NCBI GenBank assembly: GCA_964445105.1
Contig: CAYUJS010000007.1
Coordinates: 1 to 53,415 of the forward strand
Direction: 5' to 3'
Source: an uncultured bacterium
GTDB lineage: Bacteria; Chlamydiota; Chlamydiia; Chlamydiales; JAJFMA01
DNA: 53,415 bases
Position 1 is the first letter of the stretch; each line of letters begins with the position of its first letter. Position numbers and translations under genes: made by a program. The notes below the pieces were generated by a model that was given only the letters and a program-made list of their open reading frames with translations, was not told the DNA's origin and ran no database searches. Below, piece after piece: positions 40,266 to 49,668 of this stretch.

Positions 40266-40819
40266 AATGGAAGCCAAATAGCTGTAAAAAAACGGGTCAT
40301 CTTTTTGGCGATCACCTCCTATGAGGTATTCCCCGATAAGAAAGAGTGCAAGTCGGACCGCGTCGTTTTAGACGACGAACCGCGAGAACCTGAGCTCAAA
40401 GATTTTTACTTTACCTTTGTAGAGCTGCCTAAATTCACCAAAAAGCCCGATGAGTTAGAGATCGCAGAGGATAAGTGGTACTATTTTTTGAAGCACGCCC
40501 AGCAACACAGAGAGGTGGAGCCGCTGCTGGCAGACAACCCCGAAATCAAGGAAGCGTACCATGTGTTGGAGCAGGTGTTTTGGACAGAGGCTGAGCGACA
40601 AGATAGCCATGGCTATAGTTGACGCTAATAACGCTCTTAAAGGCGCTTGGCAAGAGGGACCAGGAACGAGGGGAAAGGTGCGGGGTGAAAATAGGAGAGA
40701 AACGAGCTAAACTTGCGTTTGCTACCGGCTTACTGGAAGAACAATTCCCCGTCGAGCGGGCGGCCAAGCTTGCGGGTTTAACCATCGATGAAGTGCGCAA
40801 GCTACAAAAACAAACGTAA
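40266..40819 (+). pseudogene. Rpn-family (PD-(D/E)XK) recombination-promoting nuclease, 5'-truncated and frameshifted
   Basis: VIFLAIT..FP.K, LKDFYFTFVELPKFTK, DKWYYFLKHA, then in another frame GVKIGEK..A.GLL...AAKLAGLTIDEV, the typical Rpn C-terminus. Confidence 0.8.
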
Positions 40820-40858
40820 GCCCATGACGTGAACCATTATCTGGCCGCTTCAGATTGG

Positions 40859-41251
40859 TTAGGGTACAGGATCGTATTTGGTCGTGCAATTGTAGCGGCC
40901 GGGGGTTGTGCGGTAGATCCAGCGATCATTGTTTTCGCGCATCAGGCGATCGCACCCCATGCCCCATCCGCGAAAGAACCCGTATTTATGAATCGCCTCC
41001 ATCGCGTAGTGCGAGCTCGTCGGATAGAAGTGGCTACGCGGGCCATCAGCTTTAGAGATCACCTCTTGGTGAAAGACAATCAAGTACTCTGCAGCGCGTT
41101 CTAGCGGCCCCTGGGGGGCAGCTTCACAACAACTGTCCACTTGATAGCAAAGATCTGCGTCCTTACCCCAAGGGCCGCTCTCGATTGCGCCCAGAGCTAG
41201 AGGAGCGCTCAACGCAAAAGTTATGTAGAGATAACGGAAAAAATCAGCCAT
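40859..41251 (-). CDS. yidD: Membrane protein insertion efficiency factor YidD-like
   Basis: FHQEVISKADGPRSHFYPTSSHYAMEAIHKYG..GCDRLMREN..YDPVP. Confidence 0.8.
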   Translation of the reverse strand: MADFFRYLYITFALSAPLALGAIESGPWGKDADLCYQVDSCCEAAPQGPLERAAEYLIVFHQEVISKADGPRSHFYPTSSHYAMEAIHKYGFFRGWGMGCDRLMRENNDRWIYRTTPGRYNCTTKYDPVP

Positions 41252-41273
41252 TTATGGTAGCCTCGTCGATATT

Positions 41274-42332
41274 TTAGAAACCAAACTGGATCATGAGAAC
41301 GGGGAAGAGGCTGCATTGCAGGAGCGTCTCTTTGCCCAAGAAGTTGTAAGTGTGTTCATTGTACTCTTTGGCGGCGAGGCCAGCGCCGTTGATTCCTCCA
41401 AAATACCATCCCATCTCTAGGCTGGTGGTGATGGCGCCGGCGGCGTAATAGCCTCGGTGGTAGAATTCGTAGGCGGCCCAGGTAAAAAGAGCATTAATTG
41501 CAAAAGAGGTGAGGGCAGATTTTTTTTGCCCGACGTAATAGTAACCTGCCCCCGGCAAAAGGGCGTTCAGCCATTGAGCCTGGCGTGACGATTTGGCGCA
41601 GTGACTGTATTGGCTGACCAGTGACGTTACGCTCTCTTCTCTGGGCGTGCCAAGGGCCAGCATTTGCGCAGTGTAAAGGTCACCGCGCTGGATGGCCTGA
41701 CTGACGCTTTGGCCGTTAGCTTGGTCTGGATAATGAATCTTCAGGTGCTCCATCAGTACCTCTGCGCGCTCGGGGCGCCCATCCTGTAAGTAGGCATCTT
41801 GCAGGACTAGTAACAGCGTCTGAAGGGCTGGAAAAGCGGGGCCCGCGCTGGTTAAGTCGCTACCCTCAAACATCTCGATAGCTTCTTGGTATTTATGTCC
41901 GAGATAGTAGGCCAGGATGATGCTATATTGTACTTGGTGGAGGCGCTCCTGCTGTTGATGAGGGATAAGGACTAGGGCGCGTTTAAACGCTGTAACAGCG
42001 CGGTAGAGGTCGAGCTCGCGAGCAAACGCGAGGCCGATTTTTAGTTCTTTCCCCCAATCTTGCGCCTGTTCCTGTGTGGTGAGAGGGGCGAAGGGCTCTT
42101 GCAGCGAGGCGATGTAGCGGGGTTGAGCGGAGTAAGAGATGCAAGGCTCTAACTTGTGCGTGTTTGGGTGGCAACCTAAGAGCAGCAGGGAAGCGAGTAG
42201 CAGGGAAGCGAGTAGCGCAAAAATCCCGCTTCCGACTTTCCCAGTTCTGCGCCTCGAATCCTGGATACCAGCCCCTATCCTAATCCCAGAAGGAGCTGTC
42301 GCCAGAACTGTCGGCGTTGACGCTGGGGACAC
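41274..42332 (-). CDS. TPR-like lipoprotein with C-terminal hydrophobic (TM2-like) region; start uncertain
   Basis: Lipobox LLGC, TPR-like YRAVTAFKRAL, LNALLPGAGYYYVG motif. The only canonical starts (GTG 42332, ATG 42383/42392) overlap the sctC 3' end. Confidence 0.7.
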   Translation of the reverse strand: MSPASTPTVLATAPSGIRIGAGIQDSRRRTGKVGSGIFALLASLLLASLLLLGCHPNTHKLEPCISYSAQPRYIASLQEPFAPLTTQEQAQDWGKELKIGLAFARELDLYRAVTAFKRALVLIPHQQQERLHQVQYSIILAYYLGHKYQEAIEMFEGSDLTSAGPAFPALQTLLLVLQDAYLQDGRPERAEVLMEHLKIHYPDQANGQSVSQAIQRGDLYTAQMLALGTPREESVTSLVSQYSHCAKSSRQAQWLNALLPGAGYYYVGQKKSALTSFAINALFTWAAYEFYHRGYYAAGAITTSLEMGWYFGGINGAGLAAKEYNEHTYNFLGKETLLQCSLFPVLMIQFGF

Positions 42333-45300
42333 CGCGTTCTCTTTCGTTGAAGCGGGGGAGGTGGAGGAATTCAAGAGCTTCATCGATTTCATATTGCCAT
42401 GAGGGTTTTTTGTCTTGGCTATTCATGCGGTAAATGTTCTGCTCACGACGGGTGATCTCGTCGTATTCCCATTCGGTCTCGATGATCTGAGGGCGAATGA
42501 AGATCATGAGGTTTCGCTTGGTGACGGTGTTTTGCTTGCTTTTGGCAAAGCCGGCCAGAACAGGGATACCGCCTAGGCAGGGCAGCTGCGATTGGAGCAC
42601 CGTTTTTTCTTCCCGAATCATGCCGCTGAGGATAACGAAAAACTTATTAGGTACGTGAATTTTTGTGGTGGTGCGCGTTGTCGCGGTGGTGGGTCCAGGG
42701 TTGATACTGTTGTTGCTCGACCCGATGCTGCCGCCGGTAGTAGAGCCGGAGATGTTTTTACTGTCCTCAAGAGCGATCACGAGAGTGATCATGTCGCCGT
42801 TGCCGATCAGAGGGGTGACCGAGAGTCGTGTGCCCACGTCACGGAATTCAACATTGTTGGCGATAACGTTGCCAAGCTGGTTGGTAATGGCTTGCGACAA
42901 GAAGGCTGTGTTTTGCCCTACGAATAGCTCGGCGGGTGTGTTGTCTTCGACGACGATTTTCGGGTTCAGCTTGATGTTGACGTCGGTTGTCGTGTGCAAT
43001 GCGTTGACAAGTAGGCCTAGGGACGAAAAGTACATGTCGCCCAGTAAAATACGCCGCCCGATCACACCAAGCTGGAAGCCTTGCTGCCCTAGCGTGGGCA
43101 CGGCTAGCTGTCCCGCAATGGCTGTCTGGGAGGGGAGTTTTAGGAGGCCTGAGCCAGCGGCTTCGCTTTGCCAAGCCTGTGCGGCAGCGGCGTGAGGATC
43201 TGCAAAGTCCGACGCCCAGTCGACGCTGAAGTTCAATCCGTCAGCTACATCTGTCTCGATGAGCAGCATTTCCAGTAAAATCTGTCGCAAAGGGACGTCG
43301 ATTTCATCGATGAGCTGTTTGACCTTATCGAGGGCGAGCTTTGTGCCTGTTACCATGATTGAGTTAGAAGATTCGATCCACTGTACGCTGGTGATGGCGT
43401 TGATCAAATCTATATTGGCTTTTTCATTATAGCGCAGGCTTTCGGCGATGCGGCTGAGCGCGTCGACGAGCTGGTCGCCTTTGCGGTATTGGAGCCGGTA
43501 GATATAAAATTTCGTGTTCTCTAACTCTTCAGCTGTAATCTGGTCGGGCGTTTTTTCGACCGGCCTTTTTTGAGGGGTATCTCCTGAGCCATAGCCTTGA
43601 CCGTTGCGGAAAGGCGAAGGGATGTTGTCGTTGGGGTTTACTTCGCTTTCGATATCGAGATGGCCCGCTTCCGAACGAAGCAGATTTTCAGGCGACAGGT
43701 CGAAGGGACGTCGCCTTACTGAGGCAGACGGCTTGTGCCCGCTACCATCTGTTTGCTCCTGAGAGCTTCCAGATTTGGAAGTTCCTAAACCGCCGGGGAT
43801 GAGCTTATCTAGTGTCAAAATTTGTGTTTGGCCTTCCAGGTGGTCTAGGTGCTCCATGACAGAGATTGTGCGCTTTACCAGAGCAGGAGCTGCGACGATG
43901 AAGACGCTATTTGTGGCCAGGTGAGGAACGAACGTTAGCGTTTCATTGCCAGCAAGTGGTCGTAGAATCTGCTCGGCTAGTGGGATCAAATTTTCGACGA
44001 AGTTGTTGATGGCGACATACTGCCCCAGCTCAAAGGTCTTGGCTGGCAGGTCGAGACTGTTGATCAGGCTAGAGAGCCGTTGGATATTTTCCGCCAGATC
44101 GGTCACGATTAGCGATTGGCTTTCCTGGAGCATCTGCACGAGGGCTTTATCGCTGAGCATTTGCTTGACGACCGGGGCCATCTCGTTGAGGGGTACGTTC
44201 TTGAGGCGAAACACGCGCGTTACGATGTCGGCTTCATCGATATGGGTTTCATCCGCCCACATTTTTGCGGGGCTGTTGGCGCCGCTGCGGTGGATAATAA
44301 GGGTATTGCCCTGCTCGATTAGCGAAAAGCCGTGAATGCGCAATTCCTGCAGCAAGGCAGCCATGATATTTTCTAAAGAGGTGGGCTCGGCAGATACGAT
44401 GGTGACGTTGAAGTCTAGTTCTTCTTCATTATAGATAAAATTCTTTTCGGTCTCGCGGCTAACGAAGCGCACAAATTCCCTGATACTTACGTTAGGGAAA
44501 TTCATGGTAAAGCCCTTTGTCGCTGGTGGCGGTGGGGGCGGCGTTGGTGTAGTTTGGGGATGGTCTGTTAGTTTGATAGAAACAGATTCCTGAGCCAATA
44601 TTCGGTCTGGGTTGAGATCGCGGCTAGGTGTAAAAGGATCTAGCTGCGCTGTGGCCGATTCTACATCTGTAGTATTGAGCGCGATGTGTGCGTCGGGGCT
44701 TTCGACGTTAGCCTCCAGCTCCTCATCCTGTTCTAAAACGTCATCCTCAACTTGAACTTCCGTTTCTGTCTCTTCGTCCAGCTCTTCTTCTGGCTCTTCT
44801 TCTGGTTCCCAGTCCTGCCAATCCTCGTCGTAGCTCAAAAAGTAATCTTCGGACTCGCTTTCTAGTTCGTCCAGCGCCCAATCATAATTATTTTTTATAA
44901 ATGAAAGAGGGGGTTCTGCCGCAATATCTTCATCAGTTTCTTGGTGCGTATAACCAAGCGACACGGGAGCGAGCGTGATAGAAGAGAATGGTTCGGGTCT
45001 GTCATGTATCTCTAAGAGAGCCTCTTCGACAGTAGGTCGTGCTTGCGGGCTCCAGAGCTGCCCCTGTCTAGAAACCCCTAACGAGAAGGGCTTGTGTCCT
45101 AGATTTTCGATGCCGGCGGGCGTGGGGGCTTCTATGATCTCTTCCGCTGGCCTAGCGTGATCGCGGACGCCAATGACCAGGTGATTGTCTTCTTCAGGCA
45201 AAGCTAGTGCTTCGGCAACGGATTCATTCCACCAGGTCTCGTCGCCGGCTGCGGTGATGGCAGTGTCCTGGTCGCTAAGGCTACCGACACCGACGGATTC

Positions 45301-47949
45301 AAATGCAACGGTTGGGTCGTAGACTTGGGAGGCGTGTGCCTGGGAAATGAAAAGATCAACCACTGTGCGCAGCGCGCTTAGCGAGCTCTGAGAGGCGCGT
45401 GTGCCAGCAGAGCTGTTTTTGCGTTGTTGCTGCACTGGAGCTGTTTTGGGCTTCACCTGCGCTTGAAAGGAGCTGTTCGTTTGCGAGCTAGCCTGTTGTT
45501 TCTCTGTGCGAGCCGTGCGCGAACCGAGTTTATTCTGATTGCGTGGCGGCGGAGGAGTAGGTGTCGCACGCTTGACGCCGGTTTGGCAGAAAGATTCATC
45601 TTCGCTAATAGCGGTGAAGCCTGCAGGTCTAAAATTTACTTGAGGGGGCGCGCCAATTGCAGGCGGTACGTGCGGCTCTTTGTGCAGAACTGTGGCGACG
45701 AAGCGCGCGCGGATGTTTAGCTTATTGTTTGGGGTCCTCGGTTGCGCACTGAAGACACCGCAGCGAGGAGGCAAGTTCTTTACACGCTCTTCCCATCCTG
45801 CTTCGTCGCTGCTCAAGCCTGCAACTTTATCAGTCAAATACGAGGCAGGCGCGGGAGCAGAGTCCTTGGCCCGGCGGCCACCGATGGCGCTCGGAATTTG
45901 GGGCTGACTGACGGCCAGTTCTTCTTTAGGTGAAAGGATGGCGACGTCTGAAGGGCTAGCAGTCGCACCGATTTTGCCGGATTCGGCAGCCAGCGGCTGG
46001 TTGGTTAAGTTCTCTGGTGCTTGCTCTATAGTAGCGACTAAGCTCAAGGGGAAGGTCAGCAGCTGCGAGGAGTAACCCAGCTCAAGAGCCGTTTCACGCT
46101 CTATCTTAGCCTGTTGTTTATCCTGCATGACGCGGATATCTGCGAGCAGGTCCTCTAGGCGGAGGTAAACCGCCTGCATTTCCGCATCAGCGGTGGGAGC
46201 CGCTTCTAATTCAACAACCAAAGTCTCAGCTGGAGGCTGCGCCTCTAGCTGCGGTTCTTCTGCTTTGGCAGAGAGTGCTGTGCAGACCTCTGGGGTGTCC
46301 GTAGTTTTCTCTTCGGTGCTTGGCGAAAAACGGGCAGTTAGGAGAGCAGCCAGGTGAGGGATTTCTGGGTGGGCGGCCGAAAGGTTGGTGCTCGGCAAAT
46401 AAGCGTGCGAGATGTCTATTCCGTCCGCTTCTTTATTTCCACCTGCCAGGTCAGAGGTGGGGCTGTCCTGTGCAGAGAGGCGGTTAGCGCCCCTTTCTTG
46501 GTCATGTCCCGCTCCTGTAGAAGCTTGTGCAGGCACACCAACAGAGCCATCATTGGCTTTGCCGAGCGGTTCAGGTACGTAGGCCTCTGTGGGCAATGGC
46601 AAAATAACAGTGCTTCCTGATGCACAGATACTTTCAGAGAAATTTTGTGTGGAAGTTTGCTGCGCAGCAGATTGTTCTCGGCAGCTGTTTGTGAGAGATG
46701 TCGGAACCAAGCTTTCGTCGGTCGCCGAGCTCACGAGCTCATCGTTATTTTTGGCGCAGGAGGCGCTTAGAGGGATTTGTTGGTCCTGCGGCATGCCGGC
46801 AACGCATTTTTGGCAATCCTGCGCAAGTAGCGCAGGCATCCAAGCGGTGGCCAGGTCGGGCTGCGGCAATTCCTCGCTCATTGAGGCGGGCGGGCTGTCT
46901 GCATTTCCAGATGCTTGCGGCTGGGCGTCCGCCTGCTGTTGGCTGCCTTGCTCTGCCATGGGAGGAACTTGGCGTTCATAGTCGACCTGGGGCCCTATCT
47001 CTGCGGACGAGGCTATAGGAGAAGCGGTGGATGGGCAGCTGGCCGCATGCATGCAAGCAGAAGTGGATAAATCCGACCGTTCGCTCAGCGGTTGTGGAGC
47101 GTCTGCATTCAAATCGAGGCTATCTACCATCTCTGGATGGATCAGTGGAAGGGGTGGAAAGTCCTCGTAAGATCTTTCAGAGTCATTTGCCTGCGCATAA
47201 CCGGCTTCAACTACAAATTGCGGAATAGAGCAGCTAGAGGCCAGTCGGTTTGCGGCCTCTTTGGGCGGTAAGGAATCATCGTCGCTTACGTTTGAAAATA
47301 TTCCGCTTTTAGATTTTTTTTCAGTCTCTAGATTGCTCTCAGAGGCCAAGGCTGAAGGCTGATCAGTAAAGTGATGAGGCGAGTTGGAGAAGGCTTGCCC
47401 GGCGGGAATATCTTCCTCATCGCGGTTGAATGCTCTTTCTCTGTCGCAAGCTTCATTTGCAGAAGAGGGAATCAACTCGTTCCAAGCACTGTCTTGGAGG
47501 CTTTCTTCGTCAGCCGACGAACGTGTTACTTGCAGCGCTTGTTGTGGTTGAGTTGCGATTTTAGGGTTCAAATGACAAGGCTTGCAAAGCAGTTCGGGAG
47601 CTTGTTTGAGTTTTAGATCCTGCTCAATCACCTTTGCAGTAGCATGACAGGCGATCGGCGCGTCCTCGTCAGCATTCTCGCATGGCTTCACTGTTTCAGA
47701 TTTTTTTCGCGCGACTGCCGCTTTTTTGCTCACAGCCCGGGGAGCTTGCGGCCTTGCTGGGTTGTCCAACGCCTCGCGTAAATGGTCGGAGCAATAAGAT
47801 TTCGTTTCCCCATCCAAGCTCCAGAATAGTTCGGACTTAGGAGGGGAAGACAGATCGAGCATGGACGGCGTATCACCGGCAACACAAATCGGAATAAGCA
47901 GCCCTAGCTTGGCTAAGGCCGCGCCTAAGGATGGTGTGTATCTCATCAA
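42280..47949 (-). CDS. sctC: Type III secretion outer-membrane secretin SctC/CdsC with very long N-terminal extension
   Basis: N0 domain FTMNFPNVSIREFVRFVS, FYIYRLQYRKG, WIESSNSIMVTG, IDVPLRQILLEMLLIET, FRDVGTRLSVTP, LPCLGGIP, NLMIFIRPQII; downstream of cdsQ-pkn5. Confidence 0.93.
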   Translation of the reverse strand: MMRYTPSLGAALAKLGLLIPICVAGDTPSMLDLSSPPKSELFWSLDGETKSYCSDHLREALDNPARPQAPRAVSKKAAVARKKSETVKPCENADEDAPIACHATAKVIEQDLKLKQAPELLCKPCHLNPKIATQPQQALQVTRSSADEESLQDSAWNELIPSSANEACDRERAFNRDEEDIPAGQAFSNSPHHFTDQPSALASESNLETEKKSKSGIFSNVSDDDSLPPKEAANRLASSCSIPQFVVEAGYAQANDSERSYEDFPPLPLIHPEMVDSLDLNADAPQPLSERSDLSTSACMHAASCPSTASPIASSAEIGPQVDYERQVPPMAEQGSQQQADAQPQASGNADSPPASMSEELPQPDLATAWMPALLAQDCQKCVAGMPQDQQIPLSASCAKNNDELVSSATDESLVPTSLTNSCREQSAAQQTSTQNFSESICASGSTVILPLPTEAYVPEPLGKANDGSVGVPAQASTGAGHDQERGANRLSAQDSPTSDLAGGNKEADGIDISHAYLPSTNLSAAHPEIPHLAALLTARFSPSTEEKTTDTPEVCTALSAKAEEPQLEAQPPAETLVVELEAAPTADAEMQAVYLRLEDLLADIRVMQDKQQAKIERETALELGYSSQLLTFPLSLVATIEQAPENLTNQPLAAESGKIGATASPSDVAILSPKEELAVSQPQIPSAIGGRRAKDSAPAPASYLTDKVAGLSSDEAGWEERVKNLPPRCGVFSAQPRTPNNKLNIRARFVATVLHKEPHVPPAIGAPPQVNFRPAGFTAISEDESFCQTGVKRATPTPPPPRNQNKLGSRTARTEKQQASSQTNSSFQAQVKPKTAPVQQQRKNSSAGTRASQSSLSALRTVVDLFISQAHASQVYDPTVAFESVGVGSLSDQDTAITAAGDETWWNESVAEALALPEEDNHLVIGVRDHARPAEEIIEAPTPAGIENLGHKPFSLGVSRQGQLWSPQARPTVEEALLEIHDRPEPFSSITLAPVSLGYTHQETDEDIAAEPPLSFIKNNYDWALDELESESEDYFLSYDEDWQDWEPEEEPEEELDEETETEVQVEDDVLEQDEELEANVESPDAHIALNTTDVESATAQLDPFTPSRDLNPDRILAQESVSIKLTDHPQTTPTPPPPPPATKGFTMNFPNVSIREFVRFVSRETEKNFIYNEEELDFNVTIVSAEPTSLENIMAALLQELRIHGFSLIEQGNTLIIHRSGANSPAKMWADETHIDEADIVTRVFRLKNVPLNEMAPVVKQMLSDKALVQMLQESQSLIVTDLAENIQRLSSLINSLDLPAKTFELGQYVAINNFVENLIPLAEQILRPLAGNETLTFVPHLATNSVFIVAAPALVKRTISVMEHLDHLEGQTQILTLDKLIPGGLGTSKSGSSQEQTDGSGHKPSASVRRRPFDLSPENLLRSEAGHLDIESEVNPNDNIPSPFRNGQGYGSGDTPQKRPVEKTPDQITAEELENTKFYIYRLQYRKGDQLVDALSRIAESLRYNEKANIDLINAITSVQWIESSNSIMVTGTKLALDKVKQLIDEIDVPLRQILLEMLLIETDVADGLNFSVDWASDFADPHAAAAQAWQSEAAGSGLLKLPSQTAIAGQLAVPTLGQQGFQLGVIGRRILLGDMYFSSLGLLVNALHTTTDVNIKLNPKIVVEDNTPAELFVGQNTAFLSQAITNQLGNVIANNVEFRDVGTRLSVTPLIGNGDMITLVIALEDSKNISGSTTGGSIGSSNNSINPGPTTATTRTTTKIHVPNKFFVILSGMIREEKTVLQSQLPCLGGIPVLAGFAKSKQNTVTKRNLMIFIRPQIIETEWEYDEITRREQNIYRMNSQDKKPSWQYEIDEALEFLHLPRFNERERGVPSVNADSSGDSSFWD

Positions 47950-48108
47950 GCCCCTATTTCTTACAGATCATTCCTTAGCCGATTACGCCTGAGCGGCCAA
48001 AGAAGAAATTCCCGTTATCTCAGAATAATCCATTTTAAAGCCATGGAAAAAGAGCAAGCTTCGCTGTAAAACAGCAATTCCAATTCGCTACGCAGCTTGC
48101 TTTTTTGC

Positions 48109-49662
48109 TCAAGCAGTGCTCTGCAATGCGTCGGAACTGCGCCTTACGCAGACCACGCAAGGGCTGCGCCTTTCCAAAAGCACCTGCAGAGAGGCTTGCG
48201 ATTTGCGCAGCAACGTATCGGCCTGTTTTTGTGGGGACTGCACCAGCGAGTGGGTGAGATTCTCGACAAAATCCTTTTCTGTGAACGCGTTAGGTGGTGC
48301 GTCATTTGAGGCATAGGTAGCTTGGGTGTGGAGCACGATCGTGTCCCCGTTTTTCCAGGGGAGCGTCAGTTCTTTAAATTGTTCAAACGGCCGTAAGCCC
48401 AGTGCCGGGTTACCGGAGTTAATTCTACGAGGAGAGCTAGATTCACCAGCCACTTGCCAGAGATAAGCATCGCCACAGCTAAGGAATTTAAGCGTATTGA
48501 GCGTTGTTGAAAGGACCAAAAAGCTGAGAGTAAAAATTTGATGCGGGGCGTCGCGCGTGATGAGGTCGTTGAGGACAGTCACTAGATGAGCTGGTTCTGT
48601 TGTAAGATGGCATAGGCAGCGGATCATGCCGCGCAGCGAGGCGGTATGGATCACCCCTTCCACCCCTTTAGCTTTAGGCTCAGCTAGTACAATGGCGTAG
48701 CTTCCATTGGCTAATTCAAAAAAATCGTAGTATAGACCTGCGATGCCCACACCGTGGTGCAAGGCTAGACCGATCTCGATATTTGGCCATTGAGGGGGCT
48801 GAGAAGGGACTAAAGTCAGCTGTGCTTGGTGGAGGTTTTCAGACAGTTCGCTCAGAGCCTCGCCGCTCATGCGCTCTTCCGCTACGTCGCGCGCGTTCAT
48901 GTAATCGGAAAGGTCGCTGATGAAGTCTACGACATCTTGATAACGGTCTGCTCGACGCGGCTGCATGGCCTTGCTGAGAATTTTTTGCAATCCCTTGGGG
49001 ATCAACGCGAGGTGGATCTGTCCGTGGCTGAGCTTACCCAAAATGAGCTCATACGCAATGATGCCCAAAGAATAAATGTCCGAGGGGAAAGAAACCGCTT
49101 CCGGTTCATAATGCTGTTCAGGGCTCATATAGACGGGAGTGCCGACAAGCGGTGAAGGCGCTCTCTCGGCGGGCGTTGCTAGCATGCGCGCGACGCCGAA
49201 ATCGATCAGCTTGACGCCCCCTCGTGAGGAGAGAATAATGTTTTCAGGCTTGAGATCGCGGTGAACGATGCCGTTTGCATGTAGGTGACAAAGGGCGTAG
49301 GCGATTTCTAACAGCACTTCAAGTGTGCGCTTGATGGTCAGTGGACTGTGCTTAAGGTAGGTGTGTAGCGATTCGCCTTCGACATATTCCATCGCCAAAA
49401 AGGGCTTTCCATGCCACTCTCCGCGCTCATAGAGCTTGACGATATTAGGATGGTCGATCAACTGCAGAATATGTGCTTCGTTCAGGAAGCGCCTGACAAT
49501 ATCTGAATTACCTTGTAGCTCTTCGTGAAGCACCTTGATGATGATGGGGTCATGTGTAGTGGGGTGTGTAGCTAGGTAGAGATAGCTCATTCCCCCTTTT
49601 TTGAAGAGCCTCTCAATAGGATAGGGGCCGATCATGGGCGGAACTGCGGGTTCTGCGCTCAC
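48109..49662 (-). CDS. pkn5: Ser/Thr kinase Pkn5-like, fused to a degenerate PP2C/SpoIIE domain
   Basis: KKGGMSYLY, IIKVL, HRDLKPEN, DFG, GTPVYMSPE; C-terminal SpoIIE-like fold; located between sctQ and sctC. Confidence 0.88.
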   Translation of the reverse strand: MSAEPAVPPMIGPYPIERLFKKGGMSYLYLATHPTTHDPIIIKVLHEELQGNSDIVRRFLNEAHILQLIDHPNIVKLYERGEWHGKPFLAMEYVEGESLHTYLKHSPLTIKRTLEVLLEIAYALCHLHANGIVHRDLKPENIILSSRGGVKLIDFGVARMLATPAERAPSPLVGTPVYMSPEQHYEPEAVSFPSDIYSLGIIAYELILGKLSHGQIHLALIPKGLQKILSKAMQPRRADRYQDVVDFISDLSDYMNARDVAEERMSGEALSELSENLHQAQLTLVPSQPPQWPNIEIGLALHHGVGIAGLYYDFFELANGSYAIVLAEPKAKGVEGVIHTASLRGMIRCLCHLTTEPAHLVTVLNDLITRDAPHQIFTLSFLVLSTTLNTLKFLSCGDAYLWQVAGESSSPRRINSGNPALGLRPFEQFKELTLPWKNGDTIVLHTQATYASNDAPPNAFTEKDFVENLTHSLVQSPQKQADTLLRKSQASLQVLLERRSPCVVCVRRSSDALQSTA

Positions 49663-49668
49663 AATGCG

